Assembly: GCA_043798915.1 (NCBI GenBank)
Contig: JAZDOG010000084.1
Span: 1-35,765, forward strand
Direction of reading: 5' to 3'
Source of the DNA: Pseudomonadota bacterium
Lineage (GTDB): Bacteria; UBA10199; 2-02-FULL-44-16; JAAZCA01
DNA: 35,765 nt
Positions 8,234 through 16,613 of this stretch are shown here, one piece after another; position 1 is the stretch's first letter; each line of letters opens with the position of its first letter. A model generated the notes under the pieces. It was not told where the DNA came from. It searched no databases and saw only the letters and a program-made list of their open reading frames with translations. Both the position numbers and the translations under genes were made by a program.

Positions 8234-9976
8234 TCAAGCCTTCATCCTTTCGCCCTCATCTTCGTGGATGAATATCCAGCTTGCGAGCTTGGCCTCTTCG
8301 ATCGCGATGCCGGCGGTGCTTTTCATCCAGTAATGAGAAGACTTGGCCGAGTGGCTGCTCGTGTCGAAGGGGTTCTGCCTCGAGACCTCCTCCGAGATCG
8401 CCTTCATCCTCTCCTGCCAGCGCTTCCAGTTTCCGGGCCTCAGGTCCACCCATCCGTCGTGCGCCCACCCTTCCACCGAACGCGACGAAATCTCGAAGGT
8501 CGCGTCCGGATGGCCCGGGATGCCGGCCGGGATGGCGATGTTCTTGCCGCGGATGAGGAGCTTGCCGTCCGCCGCGAGGATCGGGATGCCGATCGAGACG
8601 ATCCTGCTCAGGAGCTCCGCGTCGCCTGAGATCAGCTCCTCGGCAACGCGGGAGATATCGTCGACGCGGGTCTTCTCCACAGCCTCGAACGTCTTGAAGA
8701 GCCTGCGCAGGAGATATCCCTCATAGAGTATCTTCGAGAGCCTCGGAGGCCCGAGTATCTCGAATGCCACCGAGTCTATCCCTGAGCGCGAGACCTCTTC
8801 GCGCAGCGACTCGAGCGCCTGTTTGCGCATGTAGCCCGCCCTGAAGGTGGGGCCCATCGTCGAGCTGTCGAGCGCCGCCACTATATCGAAGCCGGTGTTG
8901 CGGCCCGAGAGCTCGCGCACCGCCGCCTCCGCGATCTCCTCCGGCGTTATGAACTCCATCTGGCCTTCATCGGTGAGCGTCTCGAACTCGCCGAGCGAGA
9001 ACAGTCCGTTCTCGCCGGTGTCGATGAACGGCGCCACGAGCGCCTTGGGGTCGGCCCCGTCGACCAGATAGGTCGTCGGCCTCTTCGACGTTTTTTCGAG
9101 GACGTCCTCGAGCTTCACGCTGTTTTCTACGCGCACGTCCTCGAGCAGGATCGGTTTGCCGCCGCGCTTGACCGGCCCGCACGCGATCCGCTTCCATGCG
9201 ATCGCGGCCGCGGGCTTGAGCTCCTTGATTATCGGTCCGCCCGGCGTCCGCCCCATGAGGAAGAGCAGGAGCGAGTGCGCCCCGGCGATGGAGGATTTGG
9301 CCAACAGCATCTGCGATGGCTTGTCCTCGCTGTGCGTGTAGGGGATGTTGAGCCCCATCCCGCCCGTGCCGCAAGTGCCGATCTTCAAATAGCACTCGCT
9401 CTTGGCCTCCACCATCGACGACAGGAATATCTGAACGTGGCGGATGAGCTGCGGCAGATACTGCGTGATGAGCAGTTTCTCGACCGCCGCCAGCGCCTGA
9501 TCCGCCATCCCCGATTCCTTGACCGAGCGCCTCACCATATCCCTGGTCTCCTTGGCCGCGCCGAAGAGGTTCTGGTACGATATCGCCGTAGCAGTGTTTA
9601 TGGAGTCGATGACGATGTGAGGGTTGTATGTCTCGCAGAGGCGGAACATCACCGACGAGGTGAGGATGTCGCGGTTCAAGGGCTCCAGCAGGTCGCCGAT
9701 GAGTATCTCGCGGTTCGCGCGATCGCTGAGGAGCGCATCGCGGGAGAGGTCTTTGAGTCTCTGCCTCACGAAGACGTTTCCCCACTCCGCGTGGAGTTTG
9801 GGGCAGCGCCCGCCGAACTCCTTCTTGAGGACATCGACGAAGCCCTTGGTCTCCTCTTCGAAGAGGGACGACACGACTATCTCGCCGATCCCGCGCTCGA
9901 CGAGGGCCCGGCAGATGGCCTGCCCCACGAGCCCCGCGCCGCCCAATACCAATGCGCGTTTGCCGCGAATTTCCAT
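8234..9976 (-). CDS. Uncharacterised NAD(P)-binding Rossmann (SDR-like) protein, 580 aa
   Basis: N-terminal LVLGGAGLVG and GTCGTGGMGLNIPYTHSE. AGGGAGG SD. Confidence 0.7.
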   Translation of the reverse strand: MEIRGKRALVLGGAGLVGQAICRALVERGIGEIVVSSLFEEETKGFVDVLKKEFGGRCPKLHAEWGNVFVRQRLKDLSRDALLSDRANREILIGDLLEPLNRDILTSSVMFRLCETYNPHIVIDSINTATAISYQNLFGAAKETRDMVRRSVKESGMADQALAAVEKLLITQYLPQLIRHVQIFLSSMVEAKSECYLKIGTCGTGGMGLNIPYTHSEDKPSQMLLAKSSIAGAHSLLLFLMGRTPGGPIIKELKPAAAIAWKRIACGPVKRGGKPILLEDVRVENSVKLEDVLEKTSKRPTTYLVDGADPKALVAPFIDTGENGLFSLGEFETLTDEGQMEFITPEEIAEAAVRELSGRNTGFDIVAALDSSTMGPTFRAGYMRKQALESLREEVSRSGIDSVAFEILGPPRLSKILYEGYLLRRLFKTFEAVEKTRVDDISRVAEELISGDAELLSRIVSIGIPILAADGKLLIRGKNIAIPAGIPGHPDATFEISSRSVEGWAHDGWVDLRPGNWKRWQERMKAISEEVSRQNPFDTSSHSAKSSHYWMKSTAGIAIEEAKLASWIFIHEDEGERMKA

Positions 9977-9994
9977 ATGATCCTCCCTATGCTG

Positions 9995-11122
9995 TCACTT
10001 TCCCTTTGCCTTTATGTTTTTGTCCTCTGCCTTCTTCGGAGGCAGGCGAGATTTCCCCGGGGTGATGAGATACATGACATTGGGCACGGTCGCGCCGGAG
10101 ACGCCGGAGCCGCGGGAGACGCCGAAGAGATGACTTGAGTAAGACATCTGGCGGGCAAGCCCCAAATCGTAGCCCTCCCTGGTCGTCACCGTCATCTGTT
10201 TCGCCTCCGACGGTATCGCCTTCTCCGTCACGACGATGCCATAGATGGAATTTGCCACCGAGGATGAGGTGCACCCCTTGCAGCCCGCCGCGATGTGGGC
10301 GGTGACGATGAGCGCCCTGGCCGGCACGCCGTCTTTCCCGAAGGAATAGCCCTCGCTCATATTCAGATGATCGGCCTTCTCTTTGAGCTGGAGGGCCGCC
10401 TTCTCCCTCAGCGCAGAGAGCCGTCCGGCGTGGAGGTGCTCGAGAGAATACCAGCAGAGCGCGGCCGCCGACGCGATCGCAATCAGGCACGCTACGGCAA
10501 ACGCTATGAGAGGGCGGCGGACGGACGCCGGGCCGATACGGCAGATCGCGCTCGACTTTGCAACGAAAGAGCCGATGAGGAGATCGTGCAGCTCACGGCG
10601 ATGCTGGTGCAGGAGGCCGAAGATGACCGTGCCCAGGACGAAGAGGACGGAAAGCGTTTTCAGCGCGATTGTCTGGAAAGAAGCCGGATCGCCGTAGCGC
10701 GCAATGAACCACGCTGCTGCCGCTGCGGCGAAGGGCACGAACCTGAGCAGCGAATCGATCGGGTGGAGCCAGGCCGAATCCAGGCGCTTCACTTCGATCT
10801 CGACGATGCGCTTACCCGGCGTCTGGCCGCGGCCAAATCTGCTGTCAAAAAATCCAAAATATATCCAGGCCAGCGCAAGTCCAACCCACCACCCATCCTC
10901 GCCGAGGAAACTCAGCCGCTGCCCCAGAAGCCATATCGCCAGCTCGCAGAAGAATTTGAGCAGCACAATGTCCAGGAGAAAGGCCAGCGCCCTGTCGAAC
11001 GAGACGTTCCAGCCATCCCCTGAAGAGACATGAGAGGGCCCCTCCTCGGACATCTCGAGCCCGACGCGCAACTGCGCCGCGAGCTGTTTCTTGAATTCGG
11101 AGCTTTGCTGGCCGTCTTCCAT
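9995..11122 (-). CDS. RDD family membrane protein
   Basis: RALAFLLD, GQTPGKRIVEIEV and HRRELHDLLIGSFV. Start ATG 11122 chosen over the ORF-track start. Confidence 0.8.
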   Translation of the reverse strand: MEDGQQSSEFKKQLAAQLRVGLEMSEEGPSHVSSGDGWNVSFDRALAFLLDIVLLKFFCELAIWLLGQRLSFLGEDGWWVGLALAWIYFGFFDSRFGRGQTPGKRIVEIEVKRLDSAWLHPIDSLLRFVPFAAAAAAWFIARYGDPASFQTIALKTLSVLFVLGTVIFGLLHQHRRELHDLLIGSFVAKSSAICRIGPASVRRPLIAFAVACLIAIASAAALCWYSLEHLHAGRLSALREKAALQLKEKADHLNMSEGYSFGKDGVPARALIVTAHIAAGCKGCTSSSVANSIYGIVVTEKAIPSEAKQMTVTTREGYDLGLARQMSYSSHLFGVSRGSGVSGATVPNVMYLITPGKSRLPPKKAEDKNIKAKGK

Positions 11123-11182
11123 ATTGTTTTGGCTACTAACACGCTGCCGGACAGATTGTAAAGCCGTCAGCGGTCTCCGGCG

Positions 11183-11210
11183 TTGACTTTGGGCCAGCCG
11201 GTGATATAGG
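11183..11210 (+). promoter_or_regulatory. Putative sigma70 promoter for the four-helix bundle gene and panE
   Basis: TTGACT-N16-TATAGG with an extended TG. Confidence 0.45.
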
Positions 11211-11236
11211 CCAAATCTCACGAAAGGGCGGATGAT

Positions 11237-11593
11237 ATGGCAAATTCATATAGAGAGCTTGATGTTTGGAAGTTGGGAATCGATCAATGTACGCTCGTCT
11301 ATCGCCTGACCGAGGGTTTGCCAAAGGAAGAAAAATACGGCCTCTGTGCTCAAATGCGCCGCACCGCCGTTTCGATTCCAGCCAGCATTGCAGAGGGATC
11401 CACAAGGCAGCGCACGAAAGAAAATCTTCATTTTGTCAGCATTGCATATAGCTCTAATACAGAACTTGAGACATATTTTATCCTTTGTGAGAATCTTTCA
11501 TTGCTCGACACCGGCGATCTGACTGAAATACGATCTCTTAATGAGCATTTCGGAAAAAAACTTGCGAAATACTATCAATCTCTGCAGAAGTGA
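11237..11593 (+). CDS. Four-helix bundle protein (23S rRNA IVP family)
   Basis: SYRELDVWK...LPKEEKYGLCAQMRRTAVSIPASIAEG...ELET. Clearly lower GC than neighbours. Confidence 0.88.
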   Translation: MANSYRELDVWKLGIDQCTLVYRLTEGLPKEEKYGLCAQMRRTAVSIPASIAEGSTRQRTKENLHFVSIAYSSNTELETYFILCENLSLLDTGDLTEIRSLNEHFGKKLAKYYQSLQK

Positions 11594-11633
11594 TGGCGAT
11601 CCAGCTCACGATATGCTGATTTGAGAGAGCGAC

Positions 11634-12614
11634 ATGAGGATAGCGATAATAGGCGCCGGACCGATCGGAGGGATCCTCGCTGCGTGCCTGGCAAGGTCCG
11701 GCGAGGATGTTTTTGTGGTGGATGTGGATGAAAATCTGGTGTCGGCCATAAAGGACGGCGGCATCACCCTGTCCGGCCCCGCAATCGAGAACCTGTCGGG
11801 CAAATTTACAGCCCGGCCGGCCGGCTGGGCGGCCGATATTTCGGAATTGGGCGAATTGGATGTGGCCTTTGTGTGCACCAAGACGACGGCCCTCGACAGG
11901 GTCGCCCCGAGACTGAAAAAATCCTGGAAGAAAGGCGCCCTGCTCGTCTCGTTCCAGAATGGCATAGATCCCGAAGAGGTCCTCAAGGAAGTCGCAGGCG
12001 AGGAGATGACCCTGCGCGCGGTCGTAAACTTTGCGGGCCACATGACCAGGCCCGGCGATTATTCCGTCAATTTTTTCAGGCCGCCCAACTACGTTGGCCC
12101 CCTGACCAGGAATGCGAGAGGGCACGCGGAAAGGATCGCCGCGCTGTTGAGCAAAGCGAAGCTCGCGACCGAGGCCGTGGACGACATCAAAAGCCGCGCT
12201 TATGAAAAGACCTCGCTCAACGCGGCCCTCTGCCCGGTCTGTGCGTTGACCAGCCTCAACATGGGCGAGGCGATGGCCAATCCATATACAAAGATGCTTG
12301 CCACTGAGATACTCAAAGAAGCGAGGGATGTTGCGGACAGGATGGGGCTCAAATTCCAGAACACGCTGGACGACTGGCTAAAACACCTGAGCATCGGCGG
12401 GACGCACCGGACATCGATGGCCATCGATATGGAGGCCGGCCGGAAGACGGAGATCGAATTCATGAACGGCAAGATCTGCGATTATGGAAAGGACCTCGGC
12501 GTCCCCACCCGGTTCAACGATGCGATGAGATGGGCGATCCTGGGAAAAGAGCAGGCATGCAATCTTTCGGGTGGTAGCGCTCCAGCTTCCGGTTCGTTTC
12601 CCACAGCGTGGTGA
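11634..12614 (+). CDS. panE: 2-dehydropantoate 2-reductase (ketopantoate reductase)
   Basis: GAGPIGG, CTK, SFQNGID, K..LN, TSMAIDMEAGRKTEIEFMNG and GVPT. Confidence 0.9.
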   Translation: MRIAIIGAGPIGGILAACLARSGEDVFVVDVDENLVSAIKDGGITLSGPAIENLSGKFTARPAGWAADISELGELDVAFVCTKTTALDRVAPRLKKSWKKGALLVSFQNGIDPEEVLKEVAGEEMTLRAVVNFAGHMTRPGDYSVNFFRPPNYVGPLTRNARGHAERIAALLSKAKLATEAVDDIKSRAYEKTSLNAALCPVCALTSLNMGEAMANPYTKMLATEILKEARDVADRMGLKFQNTLDDWLKHLSIGGTHRTSMAIDMEAGRKTEIEFMNGKICDYGKDLGVPTRFNDAMRWAILGKEQACNLSGGSAPASGSFPTAW

Positions 12615-13938
12615 AGGTGACCTCTTTCCAGAAGCCGAACTGCCCCTCGCGCGAGAGAACCCCTGCCTTCAGATAGTCGTCCCCCATCGCGTTTCTATAC
12701 TTCATGTAATCGTACGCGGACCCGATCAGGATCTGCATCGCCTGGATGTCGTCGTCCGCGCGGTGCCCCGTCCCGGATGAGAGCCTGCCGAACGCCTTCG
12801 CCATCTCGCCGCATTTGTCTTTGCTGTAGATTTTGCCGGGGTCCATCCTGCCATCGGCGATCTGCGCGCTGAATTGTGCCGCTGCTTTCTTGAGACCCTT
12901 GTTCCCGGACTTCGAGAGGAGTTCCAGCGGCCTGGCGACGGCCTCCCTGTAGGCATTGTAGCGCCGCGCCCCCTCCTGGGCCATGAGCTCCGGGAGTCTC
13001 GTCCCGATGTAGCTCGCGATGCCGCCCTGCTGCCCGTCCTGCTTGAGCAGAAAACTGCCGAGCCTCCTGCCGTAGATGTCATAGGGCTGCCACAGGCCGC
13101 AGAGGATCGCCGGGGTATCATCGCTCGTCCAGCGGATCTGCGACTCCATCATCCTGGCGACGCCCGCGGCTGCGCCTGCGCCATTTTTCCTCCAGATGAG
13201 CAGGTCCATCGCCGGGAGGGTGGCGATCTGCCCGGTGAAGCTGATGGTGGTTGCGATGACTGAGTTCAGCGCCGCGCGCTCCTTGTAGCTTATCTTCGCC
13301 GGATCCCACTCCCCTTCGGAGAGACGCGCGTGGATCTTGTCGACGTTCTCGACCAGCTTGGAGTTGATCCAGCCAGTCGCCGCCTCGCTTCCCGGCGCAT
13401 GAGGCCCTGCGGCGGAAGGCGGTTTGCCGTATGGATAGCTGCTGCGGTTCCTGACCGTGTCGGCGAGTTTTTCCGTGTATGGCCCGACCTCGGGCGCATC
13501 GATCCCGCTGATCCTTACGCTCATGTTCACGGGCTTCAGGTTGCAGCCATCACCCTGCGTCTCCGTGATCGTGCAGGTGTCGCCGTCGTGGCATTTGGTC
13601 ACCAGGACATCCCGGGCCTCCGGAATCTTCTCCAGGCTGCCGCCGAAGAATAGCTTGAGAAGGCCATCGCCCACGGCCGCCTCCGGGGTTTTCCCTTTGA
13701 GGCCGCCGCTGCGGACGAGCTTCGTCACGAAGCCATATGCCTCAAATGCCGAGATCGAATCCTCGGGCTTGTAGCTGTCCTTGTATTCCTTCGGGACTTT
13801 ATCCGTGGAAAGATTCACCTCGTCGCGCAGGATCTTGGCGATCTGGTCCTTGGCGAGCCCCGATGAAAGTTTGTGCGGGCCGGCCGCAAGTTCATCTATG
13901 TTATACCGATCGACCGGACATACCTTGGGCGCGGACAT
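12514..13938 (-). CDS. Thermonuclease (SNase)-like protein with large internal insertions
   Basis: HDGDT, VRISGIDAPE, DIYGRRL, GSAYDY and REGQFGFW occur in SNase order. GAGGAGG SD. Confidence 0.7.
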   Translation of the reverse strand: MSAPKVCPVDRYNIDELAAGPHKLSSGLAKDQIAKILRDEVNLSTDKVPKEYKDSYKPEDSISAFEAYGFVTKLVRSGGLKGKTPEAAVGDGLLKLFFGGSLEKIPEARDVLVTKCHDGDTCTITETQGDGCNLKPVNMSVRISGIDAPEVGPYTEKLADTVRNRSSYPYGKPPSAAGPHAPGSEAATGWINSKLVENVDKIHARLSEGEWDPAKISYKERAALNSVIATTISFTGQIATLPAMDLLIWRKNGAGAAAGVARMMESQIRWTSDDTPAILCGLWQPYDIYGRRLGSFLLKQDGQQGGIASYIGTRLPELMAQEGARRYNAYREAVARPLELLSKSGNKGLKKAAAQFSAQIADGRMDPGKIYSKDKCGEMAKAFGRLSSGTGHRADDDIQAMQILIGSAYDYMKYRNAMGDDYLKAGVLSREGQFGFWKEVTFTTLWETNRKLERYHPKDCMPALFPGSPISSHR

Positions 13939-13960
13939 GTTGTTCCCTCCTCAAGCCTAC

Positions 13961-13987
13961 TTATCGGCCAGGCGCCAAAAAAGTTGC
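13961..13987 (-). promoter_or_regulatory. Sigma28 (FliA)-like promoter
   Basis: Minus strand GCAACTTT-N11-GCCGATAA versus consensus TAAAGTTT-N11-GCCGATAA; 22 nt before the ATG. Confidence 0.6.
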
Positions 13988-14052
13988 GCGAATAAATACC
14001 CTATATCGCCAAAGAAACCGGCGTGTAAAGCCGCGATCATGACGGTCGTTTC

Positions 14053-14081
14053 TGGACAAATCGGCGGCGATCAAATAAACT
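14053..14081 (+). promoter_or_regulatory. Putative sigma70 promoter of the lonC-menA operon
   Basis: TGGACA-N17-TAAACT. Confidence 0.45.
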
Positions 14082-14114
14082 CTGCGCCTATCTGAATTTG
14101 AAATAGGGGGATGT

Positions 14115-16613
14115 ATGCCGCCAAGAGAGATACCCGCTGACAGGCTCCGCTGGAAACCGGGCGCCGACGTGATGGAACTCGTGAAGAATCCGGACAAGCT
14201 CAAGGCCACCGAGGCGATCGTCGGCCAGAAGAGGGCGGTCGATGCGCTCGATCTGGGCCTCAAGCTCTATCGCCCCGGCTACAACATCTACGTCGCCGGC
14301 ATGGCCGGCACGGGGAGGATCACCACGATCCGCCGCGCGCTCGAGCAGCTCTCGCCAGAGCGCCCTCGCCCGCCGGACCGCTGTTATGTCTACAACTTCG
14401 CCGACGCCTCGCAGCCGGTGCTCCTCAACTTCCCCCCTGGAAAGGGGCGCACGTTCCGGGACGACATGCGCGAGCTCGTGCGCGTCCTGCGCTCCGAGAT
14501 ACCCAAGGCGATAGAATCGTCGCACGTGCAGCGCGAACGCGAGATCGTCATCGAGCGCTATCAGCGCGAGGAGAAGAAACTCTTCGAGGAATTTGCCGAG
14601 AATCTCAAGAAGGACGGCTTCGCCCTGATCCAGGTGCAGGAGGGGGGCTATGTCGCGCCGACCGTATTCCCCGTCGTCGGGACCGAGGCAGTCTCGATCG
14701 ACTTCCTCGACTCGCTCGTCAAGGAAGGGAAGATGGAGGCAAATGAGCGCGACACTAAGGTCAAGCGCCACAAGGAACTGTCCGCTGAACTCAAGCGCGT
14801 CCTGGTCAAGGCCAGGGCGCTCGGCAAGGAGATGCACCAGGCGCTAGACCGGCTGATGCAGCGCTCCGCATCGCTTGTGCTCGATGGCCTGATGGACGAC
14901 CTGCGCTCCAGATACGACGAAGAGCCGGTCCGCAAATATCTGCTGCGCGTCAAGGGCCACGTCCTCAAGAACATTGACGCCTTCTCCGGCAAGAAGGATG
15001 GGCAGCGCGAAGGCGGCGAGGGAATCATCATCCTCGGGGCCCAGAGACAGGAGGACCCCTTCTGGGTCTACGAGGTGAACCTCCTCTACGACCAGACGAC
15101 CGCCGCCGATACGACGGGGAAGGTCCCGATCGTCGAGGAGACGAACCCCAGCTTCTCCAACTTATTCGGCGCCGTGGAATACACCGCCTCGCCGGGCGGA
15201 TTCTGGGCCACCGACTTCCGCCACATCAAGGCCGGGTCGCTGCTCAAGGCCGACGGGGGATATCTGATCGTCAACGCCCTCGACATCCTGCGCCGCCCGC
15301 ACGTCTGGGATCAGTTGAAGCGCACGCTCAAAAACGAGGAACTCACCATCCAGCAGCCCGAGACTTATTTTCAAATGGCGCCGCTGGCCATCAAGCCGGC
15401 GCCGATAAAGCTCACCGTCAAGGTGATCATGATAGGGCCCGACTGGATCTACCACCTCCTCTTCAACTACGAGGAAGATTTCGCCAAGACCTTCAAGGTC
15501 CTCTCCGACTTCGACAGGACGATGCCGCTCACGCCGGATTCGGCGAGGCAGTACGCCTCGGTCCTCAAGGCTGTCTGCGAGAGGGGAAAGCTGAAGCCCT
15601 TCGATCAGGGCGGCCTCATCGCCATGTTCGAACACGGCGTGGAGGAGGCCGGCCAGCAGGACCGTCTCTCGACGCGCTTCTCATACATCACCGACATCCT
15701 CCGCGAGGCCGACTACTGGGCCGGGTCGATGGGGGCGAAGGCGATAGGCCGCGCGCACGTGGAGCAGGCAATCGATGCGAAGCGCGAGCGGCATCGCCTC
15801 ACGGAAGAGCGGGTGCAGCGGATGATCGACGAGGGAGTCATCCTGATCGACACCGAGGGCAAGAGGGTGGGACAGGTGAACGGCCTCTCCGTCTACTCCA
15901 TGGGGCACGTCTCGTTCGGAAAACCGTCGAGGGTGACCGCCACCACATCCGCCGGCAAGGCTGGAATCATAAACATAGAGCGGGAGGCCAAGCTCTCCGG
16001 GCCGATCCACGACAAGGGGGTCATGATCATCACGGGATTGCTGCGCAGCAAGTACGCGCAGAGGGAGCCGATGAATCTCACCGCCTCGATCTGCTTCGAG
16101 CAGTCCTACGGCGGAATCGAGGGCGACTCCGCCTCGTCGACGGAGATATATGCGCTCCTCTCCGCCCTCTCCGGCGTCCCCATCACGCAGGAGCTCGCCG
16201 TCACCGGATCGGTGAACCAGTTGGGCGACATCCAGCCGATCGGCGGCGTGAACGAAAAAATCGAGGGGTTCTTCGAAGTCTGCAAGGTGAAGGGTCTCAC
16301 CGGGAAGCAGGGCGTGGTGATACCCGTGCAGAACGAGCGGCACCTGATGTTGCGCAAGGAGGTGGCCGACGCGGTCGCCAAGGGCAGGTTTCACATCTAC
16401 ACCGCCACCACGATCGACGACGGGATCGAGCTCCTGCTGGGCAAGACTGCCGGAGCGATGAAGAAGGACGGGAGCTACCCGCCGGACACGGTGCACGGCA
16501 TGGTGGCAAGGCGCCTGAAGAAGATGAACGATATGATCAAAGGGGAAGACAAGGAAGGCGCCAAACACCGTCGACCGAGGAAGAAGAAAAAGGCGAAGCG
16601 GGGGAACAGGTGA
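14115..16613 (+). CDS. Lon-like protease, LonC type
   Basis: GQKRAVDAL, GMAGTGR, IKAGSLLKADGGYL, FEQSYGGIEGDSAS (catalytic Ser) and IGGVNEKIEGFF (catalytic Lys). Confidence 0.92.
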   Translation: MPPREIPADRLRWKPGADVMELVKNPDKLKATEAIVGQKRAVDALDLGLKLYRPGYNIYVAGMAGTGRITTIRRALEQLSPERPRPPDRCYVYNFADASQPVLLNFPPGKGRTFRDDMRELVRVLRSEIPKAIESSHVQREREIVIERYQREEKKLFEEFAENLKKDGFALIQVQEGGYVAPTVFPVVGTEAVSIDFLDSLVKEGKMEANERDTKVKRHKELSAELKRVLVKARALGKEMHQALDRLMQRSASLVLDGLMDDLRSRYDEEPVRKYLLRVKGHVLKNIDAFSGKKDGQREGGEGIIILGAQRQEDPFWVYEVNLLYDQTTAADTTGKVPIVEETNPSFSNLFGAVEYTASPGGFWATDFRHIKAGSLLKADGGYLIVNALDILRRPHVWDQLKRTLKNEELTIQQPETYFQMAPLAIKPAPIKLTVKVIMIGPDWIYHLLFNYEEDFAKTFKVLSDFDRTMPLTPDSARQYASVLKAVCERGKLKPFDQGGLIAMFEHGVEEAGQQDRLSTRFSYITDILREADYWAGSMGAKAIGRAHVEQAIDAKRERHRLTEERVQRMIDEGVILIDTEGKRVGQVNGLSVYSMGHVSFGKPSRVTATTSAGKAGIINIEREAKLSGPIHDKGVMIITGLLRSKYAQREPMNLTASICFEQSYGGIEGDSASSTEIYALLSALSGVPITQELAVTGSVNQLGDIQPIGGVNEKIEGFFEVCKVKGLTGKQGVVIPVQNERHLMLRKEVADAVAKGRFHIYTATTIDDGIELLLGKTAGAMKKDGSYPPDTVHGMVARRLKKMNDMIKGEDKEGAKHRRPRKKKKAKRGNR

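Noticed and set aside
11237..11593. Four-helix bundle protein as the Avd of a diversity-generating retroelement
   Set aside because: No reverse transcriptase and no TR/VR repeat pair seen in the window.
11157..14033. Identical 10-mer TGTAAAGCCG at 11157-11166 and 14024-14033 as a regulator site or element end
   Set aside because: Both contain a minus-strand TTTACA -35-like box in divergent promoter regions; two copies are not enough to claim more.
14087..14107. RNA thermometer (CCTAT...ATAGG) over the lonC SD
   Set aside because: Only a 5-bp stem; too weak to support.
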